Shown here: one piece after another, positions 29,192-38,245 of the stretch
Numbering within the stretch: the first letter of the stretch is position 1
Layout: each line of letters opens with the position of its first letter
Origin: Acidobacteriota bacterium
GTDB taxonomy: Bacteria; Acidobacteriota; UBA6911
Assembly: GCA_963664705.1 (NCBI GenBank)
Contig: OY761556.1
Span: 2,304,001 to 2,368,000 of the forward strand
Direction: 5' to 3'
Length of the DNA stretch: 64,000 nt
Program-made: the position numbers and the translations under genes
Notes under the pieces: generated by a model
What the model was told of the DNA's origin: nothing
Database searches by the model: none
The model's input: the letters and a program-made list of their open reading frames with translations, nothing else

Positions 29192-29815
29192 CTACTGGGC
29201 GGTGTTTACCTTTTCCGCGACAATCTGAAACATTTCTCTCCAGACCGGCACAAGCGGGCAGATTTCGTACTGAAGCAAGTCGGAAATCAGAACGTAATCC
29301 CGCCTTTCCTGCGATTCAATCAACTGCCGGAGAATCGTAATAAACCGCTGATGATATTCGGACGCGGAAACCCCTTGAATCAGGGTACCATCATAATTAA
29401 TTTGGAAATTCGCTTTCAATTTATCGAGGAGAAGATTCAACCAATAGAGCCCCTCATAGAGCTGTCGAAGGCTTTCGAAGGCTTCCGGGCCTGGCGAGGC
29501 CTGGAAAGTATCTGAAAGTGAAGGAATTGCCGTTTCCACCCGATACAAATAGTCCAGGGCTTCGCCGATGGAGTCATGGGCAATATCCTGGATTGTTCCG
29601 GTAAAGATGTCGACTCGATTGCGCGATTCGATCTCGCTTTGGAGATTGAATTGCTCGCTGGAATCGGGCATCAGGGGAAGACCGTCAATTTGAATTTGTC
29701 TGATGACGGTATTCGGAGGAAGGTGAATGGATTCCACGTGCTTGAGTACCTGGTTAAAGGAACAGGCCTCTGTTGGTATTGCTATTTCCTGGCTATCGAG
29801 AAAATACCTGGTCAT
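29192..29815 (-). CDS. Hypothetical protein heading the glycosylation operon
   Basis: ~207 aa helical protein with C-terminal ESQERRDYVLISDLLQYEI; SD-like GAAGGG; directly downstream of a sigma54 motif. Confidence 0.7.
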   Translation of the reverse strand: MTRYFLDSQEIAIPTEACSFNQVLKHVESIHLPPNTVIRQIQIDGLPLMPDSSEQFNLQSEIESRNRVDIFTGTIQDIAHDSIGEALDYLYRVETAIPSLSDTFQASPGPEAFESLRQLYEGLYWLNLLLDKLKANFQINYDGTLIQGVSASEYHQRFITILRQLIESQERRDYVLISDLLQYEICPLVPVWREMFQIVAEKVNTAQ

Positions 29816-29864
29816 TGGTTTCCCTTCTGCATGCAGCCTGTTGCCGCACGACCACTTAGTGCTA

Positions 29865-29880
29865 TGCAAATTACAGGCCA
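29865..29880 (-). promoter_or_regulatory. Putative sigma54 promoter of the glycosylation operon
   Basis: TGGCCTGTAATTTGCA (GG-N10-GC). Confidence 0.7.
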
Positions 29881-29911
29881 AATAAAATTTTAAGGTTTTT
29901 TATTTTTCCGG

Positions 29912-29938
29912 TAATGTCCGACGGCAACCGGACGATAT
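29912..29938 (+). promoter_or_regulatory. Putative sigma28 promoter of flagellin 1
   Basis: TAAT-N15-GACGATAT. Confidence 0.65.
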
Positions 29939-30012
29939 GAAGCCACGGAAGTTGTAGATGACCGGAAGTCAAGAGGACCAAAAGTTCTCTACAACCGCCT
30001 CCCTAAGACACG

Positions 30013-30078
30013 GGGCACGGATGCCCACAAGTAGTCGAGGGAACCACATAACGCCCAAAAGAATTCACGGAGGAATTC
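30013..30078 (+). promoter_or_regulatory. Putative CsrA-binding hairpins in the flagellin 1 leader
   Basis: GGGCA-CGGA-TGCCC (30013-30026) and GAATTC-ACGGAG-GAATTC over the SD (30061-30078). Confidence 0.7.
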
Positions 30079-30081
30079 ATC

Positions 30082-30945
30082 ATGGGATCATTCAGTATTC
30101 TCAACAATATCGCCAGTATCTACGCGCAGAATCAGCTTCGTTCCACCAATTCCAGTCTCAACCAGACCATCAATCGTCTTTCTTCCGGCAAGCGCATCAA
30201 CACGGGCGCCGATGATGCCGCAGGCTTGATGATCGCGGATACGCTTCGCGGAAACCTGCGTGCCCTCGACCAGGCGCAGCGGAATGCCAACGATTGCATC
30301 AGCGTCGGACAGATCGCGGACGGCGCGCTCCAGGAAATCAGTAACCTTCTCACCCGTTCCATTTCGCTGGCAGAAGAAGCAGCAACGGAAACGGTTGACT
30401 CGACCGGACGCGCCTCGATCAATGCCGAGTTCAGGCAGATAGAAGCTGAAATCGCTCGTATTGCCCAATCGACCAACTTCAACGGCGTAAAACTGTTCAC
30501 TTCGGCCGGCCTCAACGGCGACCTGAGCGTTTTCGTCGGCGATATTTTTGATACCAGTTCCATTGCGGTAACGATCAGCACGATTACCGCCACTGGCAGC
30601 TCTGTAACCGACCTCGGCGGAGAAAATCTTTCTCTGGTCGACCTGGCAACCCAGGCAGGTGCGCAGGGTGCCCTCGGAGTGATCAGGAACTCTCTGATTG
30701 CGGCCGCAAACGCTCGCGCCATCATTGGCGCCGGTTCCAACCGGCTTCAATCCGCGGTTCAGGTTATGCAAAGTCAATATCTGAATACGCAATCGGCCGA
30801 ATCAACTATTCGTGATGCCAACATGGCACTGGAGATTTCCAATCTCACAAAATATCAGCTTTTGTCACAATCAGGCATCGCAGCCCTGACGCAGTCGAAT
30901 GCGACGGGCGCAAACATCTCGCGACTCCTGCAGTCGATGGGATAA
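30082..30945 (+). CDS. fliC: Flagellin 1 (287 aa)
   Basis: RLSSGKRINTGADDAAGL, AQRNAND, IGAGSNRL, AESTIRDAN. Confidence 0.95.
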   Translation: MGSFSILNNIASIYAQNQLRSTNSSLNQTINRLSSGKRINTGADDAAGLMIADTLRGNLRALDQAQRNANDCISVGQIADGALQEISNLLTRSISLAEEAATETVDSTGRASINAEFRQIEAEIARIAQSTNFNGVKLFTSAGLNGDLSVFVGDIFDTSSIAVTISTITATGSSVTDLGGENLSLVDLATQAGAQGALGVIRNSLIAAANARAIIGAGSNRLQSAVQVMQSQYLNTQSAESTIRDANMALEISNLTKYQLLSQSGIAALTQSNATGANISRLLQSMG

Positions 30946-30983
30946 ATCTCGCCCAACCCGGGACAGATTTGTAGTGGCGGACG

Positions 30984-31025
30984 CAAAGCGGGTCCTTTGA
31001 AAGGGGGGGCCCGCTTTGATTTTTT
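30984..31025 (+). terminator. Intrinsic terminator after flagellin 1
   Basis: CAAAGCGGGTCCTTT-GAAAG-GGGGGGCCCGCTTTG followed by a T tract. Confidence 0.75.
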
Positions 31026-31761
31026 GCGCAGGCATTTCGTCAATGCATTATTGCATTGCATCGTTACTTCTTCGCCAGCGATCAGATTTTGAAATATCCT
31101 CCCTCCCTGCCCTCTTCCGTTTTTACATCAAACACTAATTGAAGCTCTCCACTATTCGCTGTGGCATCAGGCATCACCCGAAAGCTTTGTCATAGGGCCA
31201 GTCCATGAATAGCGCTTGTACCATTTTTCGGGGCCGGACGCACGGATACGAGGCGCTGCAATGCCTGTTATGCCCGGGCATCGTCTAAACGCGGATGCGA
31301 AGCATTGCCTGTCCGCTGATCGCGCTGTTCGTTTTTTCCATGAAACCCCGCATTCTCACCGCTTGTGTCTTGTCACAGTGGCTGGAGATCTGTAGCAAGG
31401 AAATGCTATTCATCGACAGGCCATTAACCATGATGAACGTATGGCTCCAAATGCAAGATGCCTCCAGGAGACCGAGTGACCCGATGCAGTCTGCGGCCAT
31501 CCGATAAGCGCATTCATGGATTTTCATGCCGCATGACACTGGCAGGCTCAACATCACATTCATATTATTTCTATTTTCCTATTTCCTATATTCTTATTAT
31601 GTTACTTCTGCGCACGGTCCCACAAACTATTTTGTGCTATGCTTTGCATCGTCGGGTCCAATTGACGCTCAACATTTCTCTGAACAATCTTTCTCCAGAA
31701 CCTCGCCTTCCTTGGGATCTGCATCTGAGGAATATCCGGATTATTCCCCGCCATGAAACGA

Positions 31762-31788
31762 TAGAATTCAGGACGTTATTGCCGATAT
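31762..31788 (+). promoter_or_regulatory. Possible distal sigma28 promoter upstream of flagellin 2
   Basis: TAGA-N15-GCCGATAT. Confidence 0.45.
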
Positions 31789-31916
31789 GGGGTTATGGAC
31801 AAGGCGGGAATCTGGGACACAGCAACATTATGAACTCGATAAATCCCATGGATGATTTCAAAATTGCTATTTTTCAATTTTTTTCTCGCTTCCGCGTATT
31901 TACTGCATTTTTCCGC

Positions 31917-31943
31917 TAATATTCATCACCCATCTGTCGATAA
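31917..31943 (+). promoter_or_regulatory. Putative sigma28 promoter of flagellin 2
   Basis: TAAT-N15-GTCGATAA. Confidence 0.7.
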
Positions 31944-32083
31944 GCAGCTTGAATCAAAAAAATAAAGATGAAAGCCCCGACGGGGTATCAGTTCGCATAG
32001 CGAAATATTTGTTCGCCGAGCGCAACTGAATTCCGGAGAGGCATTACGGATATCATTACTTCGGATTCAAGGAGGAATTCCAA

Positions 32084-32950
32084 ATGGGTGCTTTTAGTGC
32101 TCTTAACAACGTATCTGGTTTGAATGCACAGAATAACTTAACCACAAACAACGTTAACCTGTCTCGTACATTACAGCGCTTGTCTTCAGGTAAGCGCATC
32201 AATTCCGGTGCGGATGATGCCGCCGGGTTGCAGATTGCAGACAGTTTGCGCGCCAACACGTTCGCCTTAAACCAGGCCGTACGTAATGCAAATGACGGCA
32301 TTTCGGTATCACAGATTGCTGACGGAGCCCTTCAGGAAATCACCAACCTGCTGACCCGTTCTGTAACACTGGCGGAAGAAGCCGCAACGGAAACCGTGGA
32401 CTCCGTAGGCCGCGCATCGTTGAACAATGAGTTCACCCAGATCGAGGCTGAAATTGCCCGTATCGCGGGTCAGGCCAATTTCAACGGCACCAGCATCTTC
32501 AATTCCAGTGCTACCACGACACTGAACGGAAGCCTCAGCATTTTCGTCGGTGACATGACCGGGGCGAGTTCCATTTCCGTTACCATCAATTCCATCACCA
32601 CATCCAGCAGCACGGTTACCAACCTCGGCGGCGCCAACCTGACCGCGGTGGATCTCACGGGCCAGGATGCGGCAGCAACCTCGCTGACTACCATCAAGAA
32701 TGCCCTGAACGGAGTGTCCAACATGCGGGCGAGCATCGGTGCCGGTATGAACAGACTCCAGTCGGCAGTATCCGTGTTGCAGACCATTTCCCAGAACACG
32801 CAATCTGCTGAATCAACGATTCGGGATGCAAACTACGCAGAGGAGGTATCGAACCTCACCAAGTTTCAAATCCTGTCACAATCAGGTATGGCCGCTCTAG
32901 CGCAAGCGAATTCGAGCAGCCAGAGCATACTCTCCCTGCTCCGCGGATAG
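32084..32950 (+). CDS. fliC: Flagellin 2 (288 aa)
   Basis: RLSSGKRINSGADDAAGL, AVRNANDGIS, IGAGMNRL, AESTIRDANYAEE, ILSLLR. Confidence 0.95.
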   Translation: MGAFSALNNVSGLNAQNNLTTNNVNLSRTLQRLSSGKRINSGADDAAGLQIADSLRANTFALNQAVRNANDGISVSQIADGALQEITNLLTRSVTLAEEAATETVDSVGRASLNNEFTQIEAEIARIAGQANFNGTSIFNSSATTTLNGSLSIFVGDMTGASSISVTINSITTSSSTVTNLGGANLTAVDLTGQDAAATSLTTIKNALNGVSNMRASIGAGMNRLQSAVSVLQTISQNTQSAESTIRDANYAEEVSNLTKFQILSQSGMAALAQANSSSQSILSLLRG

Positions 32951-32962
32951 TATTCAAACCAG

Positions 32963-33011
32963 AAAAACGGAGGGGCTCGTTAAATGGAGGAACGGGCCCC
33001 TCCCGTTTTTT
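32963..33011 (+). terminator. Intrinsic terminator after flagellin 2
   Basis: ACGGAGGGGCTCGTT...AACGGGCCCCTCCCGT followed by a T tract. Confidence 0.75.
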
Positions 33012-33104
33012 ACGGCCATCCCTTCATTCCAGACGGCAATATTTCCTAGCGCATCCCTCCTCGGTTTTCGGTTTCGCAATACTATTCCTTCCCCAATATT
33101 TTCT

Positions 33105-33131
33105 TAAGCCCAGATCGCCCCAAGTCGATAG
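33105..33131 (+). promoter_or_regulatory. Putative sigma28 promoter of maf
   Basis: TAAG-N15-GTCGATAG. Confidence 0.6.
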
Positions 33132-33206
33132 TGAGAGATAGAGTTCGCCTGCAAAGGCTTCTCCATTTGTGTTTTCCGGTTCGTAAAGAACCAAGGGCGG
33201 CGTTGC

Positions 33207-35057
33207 TTGAATCATTTTGATGCGAATATCAGTCTTCTTGAAAAGCGGCAACCGGAACTGGCGCGCCTCTTGCGCGGATTGGAATGCAGGAAGGTAAAGA
33301 TCTTCAATTCAGGCTGCGGCCTGCCAACCGCTTCCTATGAAAATGCGGGATCTGCGGTAGCGCTGCACAGCCGGTATGATCCTATCCGGGAAGCAACGCA
33401 GCGATTGAAAAGTCAATCCTATGCCGGTGCCGATTATTTCATTCTGCTTGGATATGGGCTGGGGTATCTGCTTGACGCCCTGGCCGGCCAGGTCCCTGGC
33501 GATGCCAGTCACTTTTTTATCGTTGAATCTGATCTCGAGATTCTGCGAGCTGCGCTCGAGGCAAGGGATTTATCGGGAATCCTGTCTCTTCCGCAAATTC
33601 ACTTTGCATGGCCGCCCTCCGGACCCGAACTGGCAGAACAATGGCAAAAGTTTTTTAACCCGGTTGAAGCCCAGCAAAGCACATTTCTGACGCACCTCCC
33701 TTCGGTATCCCTGAATTCGGATTTGTTCCGGTCTGCGGCGGAGATCATTCAGAGTCAGACCTTTCAAATATTCACGGATATCAACACCCTGGTCGCCAAG
33801 TCCCAGACATTTCTGGATAACTTTGTGCAAAATCTCTCGAGGGCTGCGAGCGCGCCCGGAATCATCAGCTATGCCGCTCGATTCCCTAAAATGCCTGCGG
33901 TAATTGTGTCCGCAGGACCCTCGCTGGATAAGAACATCCATGAACTGGTAGGCTTCGAGGACAGGGTTCTGATCATTTCGACCGACACTGCCTTGAAACC
34001 GCTGCTGGCGGCCGGCATTGAGCCTCATTTCATTTTGACCGGGGATCCGACTTATGCAAACTATCAGCATCTAAAGGGGGCTCGTTCCAATCAGGCAATT
34101 CTCGTGGCGGAAGCAACCTGCTATCCGGAATCGTTCGCCGAATTTGAAAACAAGACAATAGCCTGCACCTTTGAAAATTCGTCGCTGCGTTCGCTTTCCG
34201 ATCTCCTTGGCAACAAGGGAACTCTTCGCGCCTGGGGCTCCGTCGCGACCATGGCCCTTGATTTCGCCCTTCTGCTTCGCTGCGATCCCGTCATATTTTT
34301 GGGGCAGGACCTGGCACACACCGATGGCAGGATCTATTGTTCGGGAATTCATTTTGAGGAGGAGTGGTTTGCCGGGATTGGTGATCCGGATGCCTGGAAA
34401 ACAAGGATGAACAGCCTCCGGGCGGATCGCCGGACTGTAACCATTGATGATATCCATGGCAATCCCGTTGAATCCACCGACAAATTGACTTCCTATTGGA
34501 ACTGGATCACAAAGGAAATTCGAAACAATCCCAAGGTTCATTTCATCAACGCAACGGAAGGCGGCATCCTTCGGGACAAGGTGGAAATAGCAAGCCTCAA
34601 GGAAGCCCTGTACCGACATGGCACCAGGGATCTCGATCTTCGGCAACAGGTGCGCACCATCTTTGAGGAAGCCAGGGCGAAATCTCTCCTCTATCCTGGG
34701 GTGAACATATCGATCCTTTCGGACGAAATGCTGTCGCTGCAGGGAATCATCCGCTCAGGCTTGCAGCTTTGCACTGATAAAGAGACCTGCCCTGCCCATG
34801 AACTGCATGGCAAGCTCGAGGCCTTCAAGGAATCGATTTACCGCAATTCCCATCTTGCCCCGCTGCTCGATTGCCTTAATCAGATGGGGAATATTACCTT
34901 TCTTCGAAAACAGCGATCTCTCTGCCGCCAAGGCGTTGAGGGGACATCAATTCCCGAGATCAAGTCCTGCTATGCAGACTATTTCAACTCCATCCGGGAA
35001 GCCCTGGCCAAGATCGAGCGTGCCCTGTGGCAGATTGAAGCCAATCTCTGCGCCTGA
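33207..35057 (+). CDS. maf: Motility-associated factor (Maf/DUF115) flagellin glycosyltransferase
   Basis: LHSRYDP..EA, GYGLGY, VIVSAGPSLDKNI, IFLGQDLA, INATEGG; directly downstream of the flagellins. Confidence 0.88.
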   Translation: MNHFDANISLLEKRQPELARLLRGLECRKVKIFNSGCGLPTASYENAGSAVALHSRYDPIREATQRLKSQSYAGADYFILLGYGLGYLLDALAGQVPGDASHFFIVESDLEILRAALEARDLSGILSLPQIHFAWPPSGPELAEQWQKFFNPVEAQQSTFLTHLPSVSLNSDLFRSAAEIIQSQTFQIFTDINTLVAKSQTFLDNFVQNLSRAASAPGIISYAARFPKMPAVIVSAGPSLDKNIHELVGFEDRVLIISTDTALKPLLAAGIEPHFILTGDPTYANYQHLKGARSNQAILVAEATCYPESFAEFENKTIACTFENSSLRSLSDLLGNKGTLRAWGSVATMALDFALLLRCDPVIFLGQDLAHTDGRIYCSGIHFEEEWFAGIGDPDAWKTRMNSLRADRRTVTIDDIHGNPVESTDKLTSYWNWITKEIRNNPKVHFINATEGGILRDKVEIASLKEALYRHGTRDLDLRQQVRTIFEEARAKSLLYPGVNISILSDEMLSLQGIIRSGLQLCTDKETCPAHELHGKLEAFKESIYRNSHLAPLLDCLNQMGNITFLRKQRSLCRQGVEGTSIPEIKSCYADYFNSIREALAKIERALWQIEANLCA

Positions 35058-35106
35058 CCTCGCTGGCTCCGGATCTCCAGCCCGGCGGCCAACAATATAA
35101 AAGCAC

Positions 35107-35134
35107 TATTCCAACAAAGCAGGATTGTCGATAA
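35107..35134 (+). promoter_or_regulatory. Possible sigma28 promoter of fliD
   Basis: -10 GTCGATAA at 35127-35134; weak -35 TATT at 16-nt spacing. Confidence 0.45.
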
Positions 35135-35252
35135 GGCAATTGTCCCGAGCCTCATTTCAAGCGGGACAGAAGGCCTCGCGTGCCGTTGCACCGTGCCGCC
35201 TTCGGGCAATATCGTCAGGGTCACTCCAAAGTGAAAGGGCGCAACCTAGATC

Positions 35253-37238
35253 ATGGCTACATCATCATCCGTTAATGTCACAAACAGTGTTTTGGACGTT
35301 GGGTCGATTGTAGACAATCTTATTAATTACGAAAGCGCACCTGTCACCAACATGCAGAGTCAGGTGACAAAGCTGCAAAGCAAAGTCACCGCTTACCAGG
35401 CCCTGAATACAAAACTGTCCACGCTGTCCGATAAGTTGAACACAATGCTCTTCGGCAGCACGGCCGCACCTTTTGTTCAGCCATATTCATTTGCGGACAG
35501 ACTGTCGGAAAGTATTTTCTCCAAATGCAACGTGACATCATCCAGCGATGACATTATTTCCGCGACTGCGACCAACGCGACCATCAGCGGGTCGTATGCC
35601 ATCACAGTCACGGATCTGGCCCAGGCACAGGCACAGGCATCATCCGGATTTGCAAGTTCCTCAACAGCCTCGATCGGTACCGGAACGCTCACCATTAAAA
35701 GCGGAACCAAGGATGCCGTAACCATCTCGATCGGGAGCAGCAACAACACGTTGGTTGGCCTTCGGGATGCCATCAATAATGCCAACGCCGGAGTGACCGC
35801 GACGATCGTTAATGATGGATCCGCGACGCCATACCGTCTGCTTCTCCGTGCCAATGACACCGGAACGGCCAATACCTTTACCGTTACCAATAATCTTTCC
35901 GGAGGGCAGGCGCTGAACCTGGCGCAAACGCAGGCCGCGAGTGATGCCGTCTTTTCGGTGAACGGTCTCAGCATCACCAAAAGCAGCAATACTGTCTCGG
36001 ATGTCATCGACGGAGTATCCTTTACTTTAAAACAGAAATCCGCCAGCCCGGTTAATCTCAAAGTCGATAAGGACGTTGACTCCATTGTCAGTGCCCTCAA
36101 GGAATTCGTTACCGCCTACAATGCGGTCAGCAGCTACATCGGCGGACAGTTTGCCTATAACGCGGCCAAAGATACCGCGGGAGTTCTGGCCGGGGACGCC
36201 ACGCTGCGCACAATCCAGTCGAGACTCCAGTCTCCCCTCACACAATCCATAACGAACAAATTCACATCGTTTGGCGTGGCCGGGCGTGTGGGGCTGGAAT
36301 TCAATCGCGATGGCAGTCTCACATTGAATGAATCGGAGCTAAAGGAGGCCCTTGCCGATGACTTCGCCGGTGTGGCGGCACTATTCCTTGGGGATGGTAC
36401 GCCTTCCGGGGGCACGACAACCACGGATTCGCGAGTTAATTTCGACAGCAAGACCGCGGCGACGCAAAATGGGACTTATTCCATACAGGTCGACACTTTG
36501 GCTCAGCAGGCTTCCCTGCTGGGCGCGCAGATGCTCACAACACTGACCAGCGATGAAACGCTTACGATAACCGCTGGATCTGCATCGGCCGTTGTGCCCC
36601 TGCTGCAAAATGACTCGTTCTCAACAGTTCTGTCCAAGGTCAATGCGGCACTCTCGGCGCAAAATATGGCCGTAACCGCCTCCGATGACGGGACCGGGAG
36701 ACTCAAGATAGCAACCAATGATTTCGGCAGCCTATTTGATCTTACCGTTGTATCGAGCGGCAGCGGAGCGGATGGCACAACCGGGTTTGGTTCATCCCCG
36801 GTAACATCCACAGGAGTGGACATCGCCGGAAAGATCAATGGGCACGATGCCATCGGCAGTGGACTTTTCCTCACGGGAGCAGCAGGGCAACCCGAAGAGG
36901 GACTCAGTCTGCGAATTTCACAGACTTCAGTTGGAAATTATGGATCAGCGACGGTTGCCTCGGACACCAAAGGGACTGAAGGCGCCAGCGTGTTGATGAA
37001 TCTCTTTAGTGCCCTGGATGGGCTGACGGATCCCCTCTCCGGCCCGATTCAAAGCGCCACGGATGGTTTGAATCGGAATATCACCGCACTAAAAGACAAT
37101 ATAACCAGCTATCAGGCCCGGCTGGAGATACGAAGAGAGATTTTGACTCAAGCATACAACGAGGCGGATCAGGCATTGCGGCTGATGGCGGTAAAACAAT
37201 CCCAGCTGAGCAGCCAGCTCTCCTCCTTGTCAAGTTAG
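35253..37238 (+). CDS. fliD: Flagellar filament cap protein
   Basis: LDVGSIVDNL, GSYAITVTDLAQAQ, IRDAINNA-like motif, SNTVSDVIDGV, FVTAYN, LAGDATLR. Confidence 0.93.
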   Translation: MATSSSVNVTNSVLDVGSIVDNLINYESAPVTNMQSQVTKLQSKVTAYQALNTKLSTLSDKLNTMLFGSTAAPFVQPYSFADRLSESIFSKCNVTSSSDDIISATATNATISGSYAITVTDLAQAQAQASSGFASSSTASIGTGTLTIKSGTKDAVTISIGSSNNTLVGLRDAINNANAGVTATIVNDGSATPYRLLLRANDTGTANTFTVTNNLSGGQALNLAQTQAASDAVFSVNGLSITKSSNTVSDVIDGVSFTLKQKSASPVNLKVDKDVDSIVSALKEFVTAYNAVSSYIGGQFAYNAAKDTAGVLAGDATLRTIQSRLQSPLTQSITNKFTSFGVAGRVGLEFNRDGSLTLNESELKEALADDFAGVAALFLGDGTPSGGTTTTDSRVNFDSKTAATQNGTYSIQVDTLAQQASLLGAQMLTTLTSDETLTITAGSASAVVPLLQNDSFSTVLSKVNAALSAQNMAVTASDDGTGRLKIATNDFGSLFDLTVVSSGSGADGTTGFGSSPVTSTGVDIAGKINGHDAIGSGLFLTGAAGQPEEGLSLRISQTSVGNYGSATVASDTKGTEGASVLMNLFSALDGLTDPLSGPIQSATDGLNRNITALKDNITSYQARLEIRREILTQAYNEADQALRLMAVKQSQLSSQLSSLSS

Positions 37239-37266
37239 TGTCCTGCGATTTAAGAAGGAGCTTTTG

Positions 37267-37740
37267 ATGTCGGGATATCAGGCCTATGCACACCGGTACA
37301 AGGAAGTAGCAGTAAAAACGGCAAGCCCTCTTCAACTTGTGGTCATGCTTTATGACGCAGCCATCTGCAGCGCCCAGGAAGCGCGCCAACGGATAGAGAG
37401 CAAAGATATCGCCGGCCGGTCAATTTCCATCAATAAGTGCATCACCATCATTACCGAATTGCAGGCCTGCCTGAATTTGAAGGCAGGCGGTGAAATCGCC
37501 AACTCCCTGGATCGTTTGTATGACTATATGAAACGAAGGATCTTCAAGGCCAGTGTCGACCAGTGCTGCGAGCCGCTCCTTGAGGTTGAAAACCTGCTCG
37601 ACAACCTTCGGTCGGCATGGGTAGAGCTGGTCAATCAGGCTCCGGCCACGGCGACCAGCCAGCCGGTGCAGAATCGAAGCTTTATGACTCCTTCAGATCC
37701 AGTACCCAATAAACCCAGACCATTCAGCGTTTCGGCATAA
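37267..37740 (+). CDS. fliS: Flagellin chaperone
   Basis: TASPLQLVVMLYDAAI, GGEIANSLDRLYDY, LRSAW. Confidence 0.95.
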   Translation: MSGYQAYAHRYKEVAVKTASPLQLVVMLYDAAICSAQEARQRIESKDIAGRSISINKCITIITELQACLNLKAGGEIANSLDRLYDYMKRRIFKASVDQCCEPLLEVENLLDNLRSAWVELVNQAPATATSQPVQNRSFMTPSDPVPNKPRPFSVSA

Positions 37741-37746
37741 TAAGCC

Positions 37747-38178
37747 ATGGAAAACTTCGAAACCGAATTCAAATCCATTTCCCGGAACTATCGTGAAGTC
37801 GCCGCTATGCTTGTTCATCTTACTGAGACGGATGCGGAACAGTCCTCCAACCTGGCAAAATCTATTTTGGATAACCAGGACTGTTTGGACCGGATTGATA
37901 AGATGCATGCACAGGTAATTCAGATTTCAAGTCGCTGGAAAAAGGATCGCGCTAAGACAGATGCCAAGCGATGGGAGGAGATCGACCGCCTGGCGGACGA
38001 TGCCCTGCAGCAGGCTGTACGTTTGAATCAATTGTGCGCAATCACTGTCGACAAACTTCAATCCGCAAAAGATCAGTGCAGCGCTGAACTGATAGAAATC
38101 GGCAAAGGCGCCCGCTTTGTGAAAAGCGCAATTCCCTCCAGGAACAACTTCCCCAAATTTATCGATTCGATGTGCTGA
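37747..38178 (+). CDS. Hypothetical helical protein in FliT position
   Basis: Follows fliS by 6 nt; coiled-coil-like; C-terminal FPKFIDS resembles FliT/FlgN-type tails. Confidence 0.6.
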   Translation: MENFETEFKSISRNYREVAAMLVHLTETDAEQSSNLAKSILDNQDCLDRIDKMHAQVIQISSRWKKDRAKTDAKRWEEIDRLADDALQQAVRLNQLCAITVDKLQSAKDQCSAELIEIGKGARFVKSAIPSRNNFPKFIDSMC

Positions 38179-38245
38179 TGCGCATTGACCGGTTCCCATA
38201 TGGGATTTTTTTGGAGAATATGGAAGGCAGGAGGCAATAAACCGG

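Noticed and set aside
31285-31919. Short ORFs between the flagellins (31285..31563, 31295..31507, 31458..31919, 31526..31756)
   Set aside because: Overlapping, no SD, atypical composition; not called as genes
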